In this document: positions 5,291-5,332 of the stretch, piece by piece | Numbering within the stretch: position 1 is the first letter of the stretch | Layout: each line of letters begins with the position of its first letter | IMG/VR virus record: IMGVR_UViG_2537561977_000027 | Span: 1 to 5,332 of that record | DNA: 5,332 nucleotides | Reading direction: 5' to 3' (one strand) | Source: a virus | Taxonomy: Duplodnaviria; Heunggongvirae; Uroviricota; Caudoviricetes | Position numbers and translations under genes: made by a program | The notes under the pieces: model-generated | What the model was told of the DNA's origin: nothing | Seen by the model: the letters and a program-made list of their open reading frames with translations, nothing else | Database searches by the model: none

Positions 5291-5332
5291 ATGATTCTCG
5301 CCAACGACTTTCTTGAATACCTGCTCAACACA
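5291..5332 (+). CDS. 5' end of a downstream gene, truncated by the window (MILANDFLEYLLNT...)
   Basis: ATG at 5291 with AAGAGG about 11 nt upstream; open to the window end. Only 14 codons are visible, so identity cannot be judged (a replication gene would be expected hereabouts in a P2-like layout, but I cannot confirm it). Confidence 0.3.
   Translation, partial: MILANDFLEYLLNT

Noticed and set aside
4806-5294. 162-aa plus-strand ORF spanning the structured region and the 76-aa gene
   Set aside because: Low-complexity S/T/A/G-rich translation with no RBS; it overlaps the better-supported 76-aa gene (4988-5218) in another frame and runs through the hairpins and T-runs.
1-5332. CRISPR array, IS element or transposase, rRNA
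   Set aside because: No regularly spaced identical repeats with unique spacers, no terminal inverted repeats flanking a transposase-like ORF, and no rRNA-like conserved stretches were seen.

Overview
This window covers the lysogeny switch and early region of a P2-family temperate phage or prophage (enterobacterial-type sequence). Reading left to right: a complete tyrosine integrase (minus strand, stop at window positions 1-3), a small HTH immunity repressor of the P2 C type (minus), a ~115-bp divergent promoter/operator region with a five-unit 10-bp-periodic repeat array, then cox (plus) followed by a string of small plus-strand early genes, several translationally coupled through ATGA start/stop overlaps. 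Two things do not fit a simple early operon. First, an AT-richer segment (about 1832-2800) carries a small two-helix membrane protein and a 146-aa gene in antisense orientation (2143-2583, minus strand), whose start codon overlaps head-to-head with a plus-strand gene inside a CCATGG palindrome. Second, a GC-rich, highly structured ~320-bp non-coding stretch (4665-4987) has two terminator-like hairpins, mutually exclusive pairings and dispersed repeats. I rank the antisense gene and its neighbours as the best candidate for an undescribed accessory system, but I cannot assign a function to it or to most of the small ORFs from sequence alone. I found no rRNA, tRNA, CRISPR array or transposase. 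All homology statements are from memory and pattern recognition, not from a database search.
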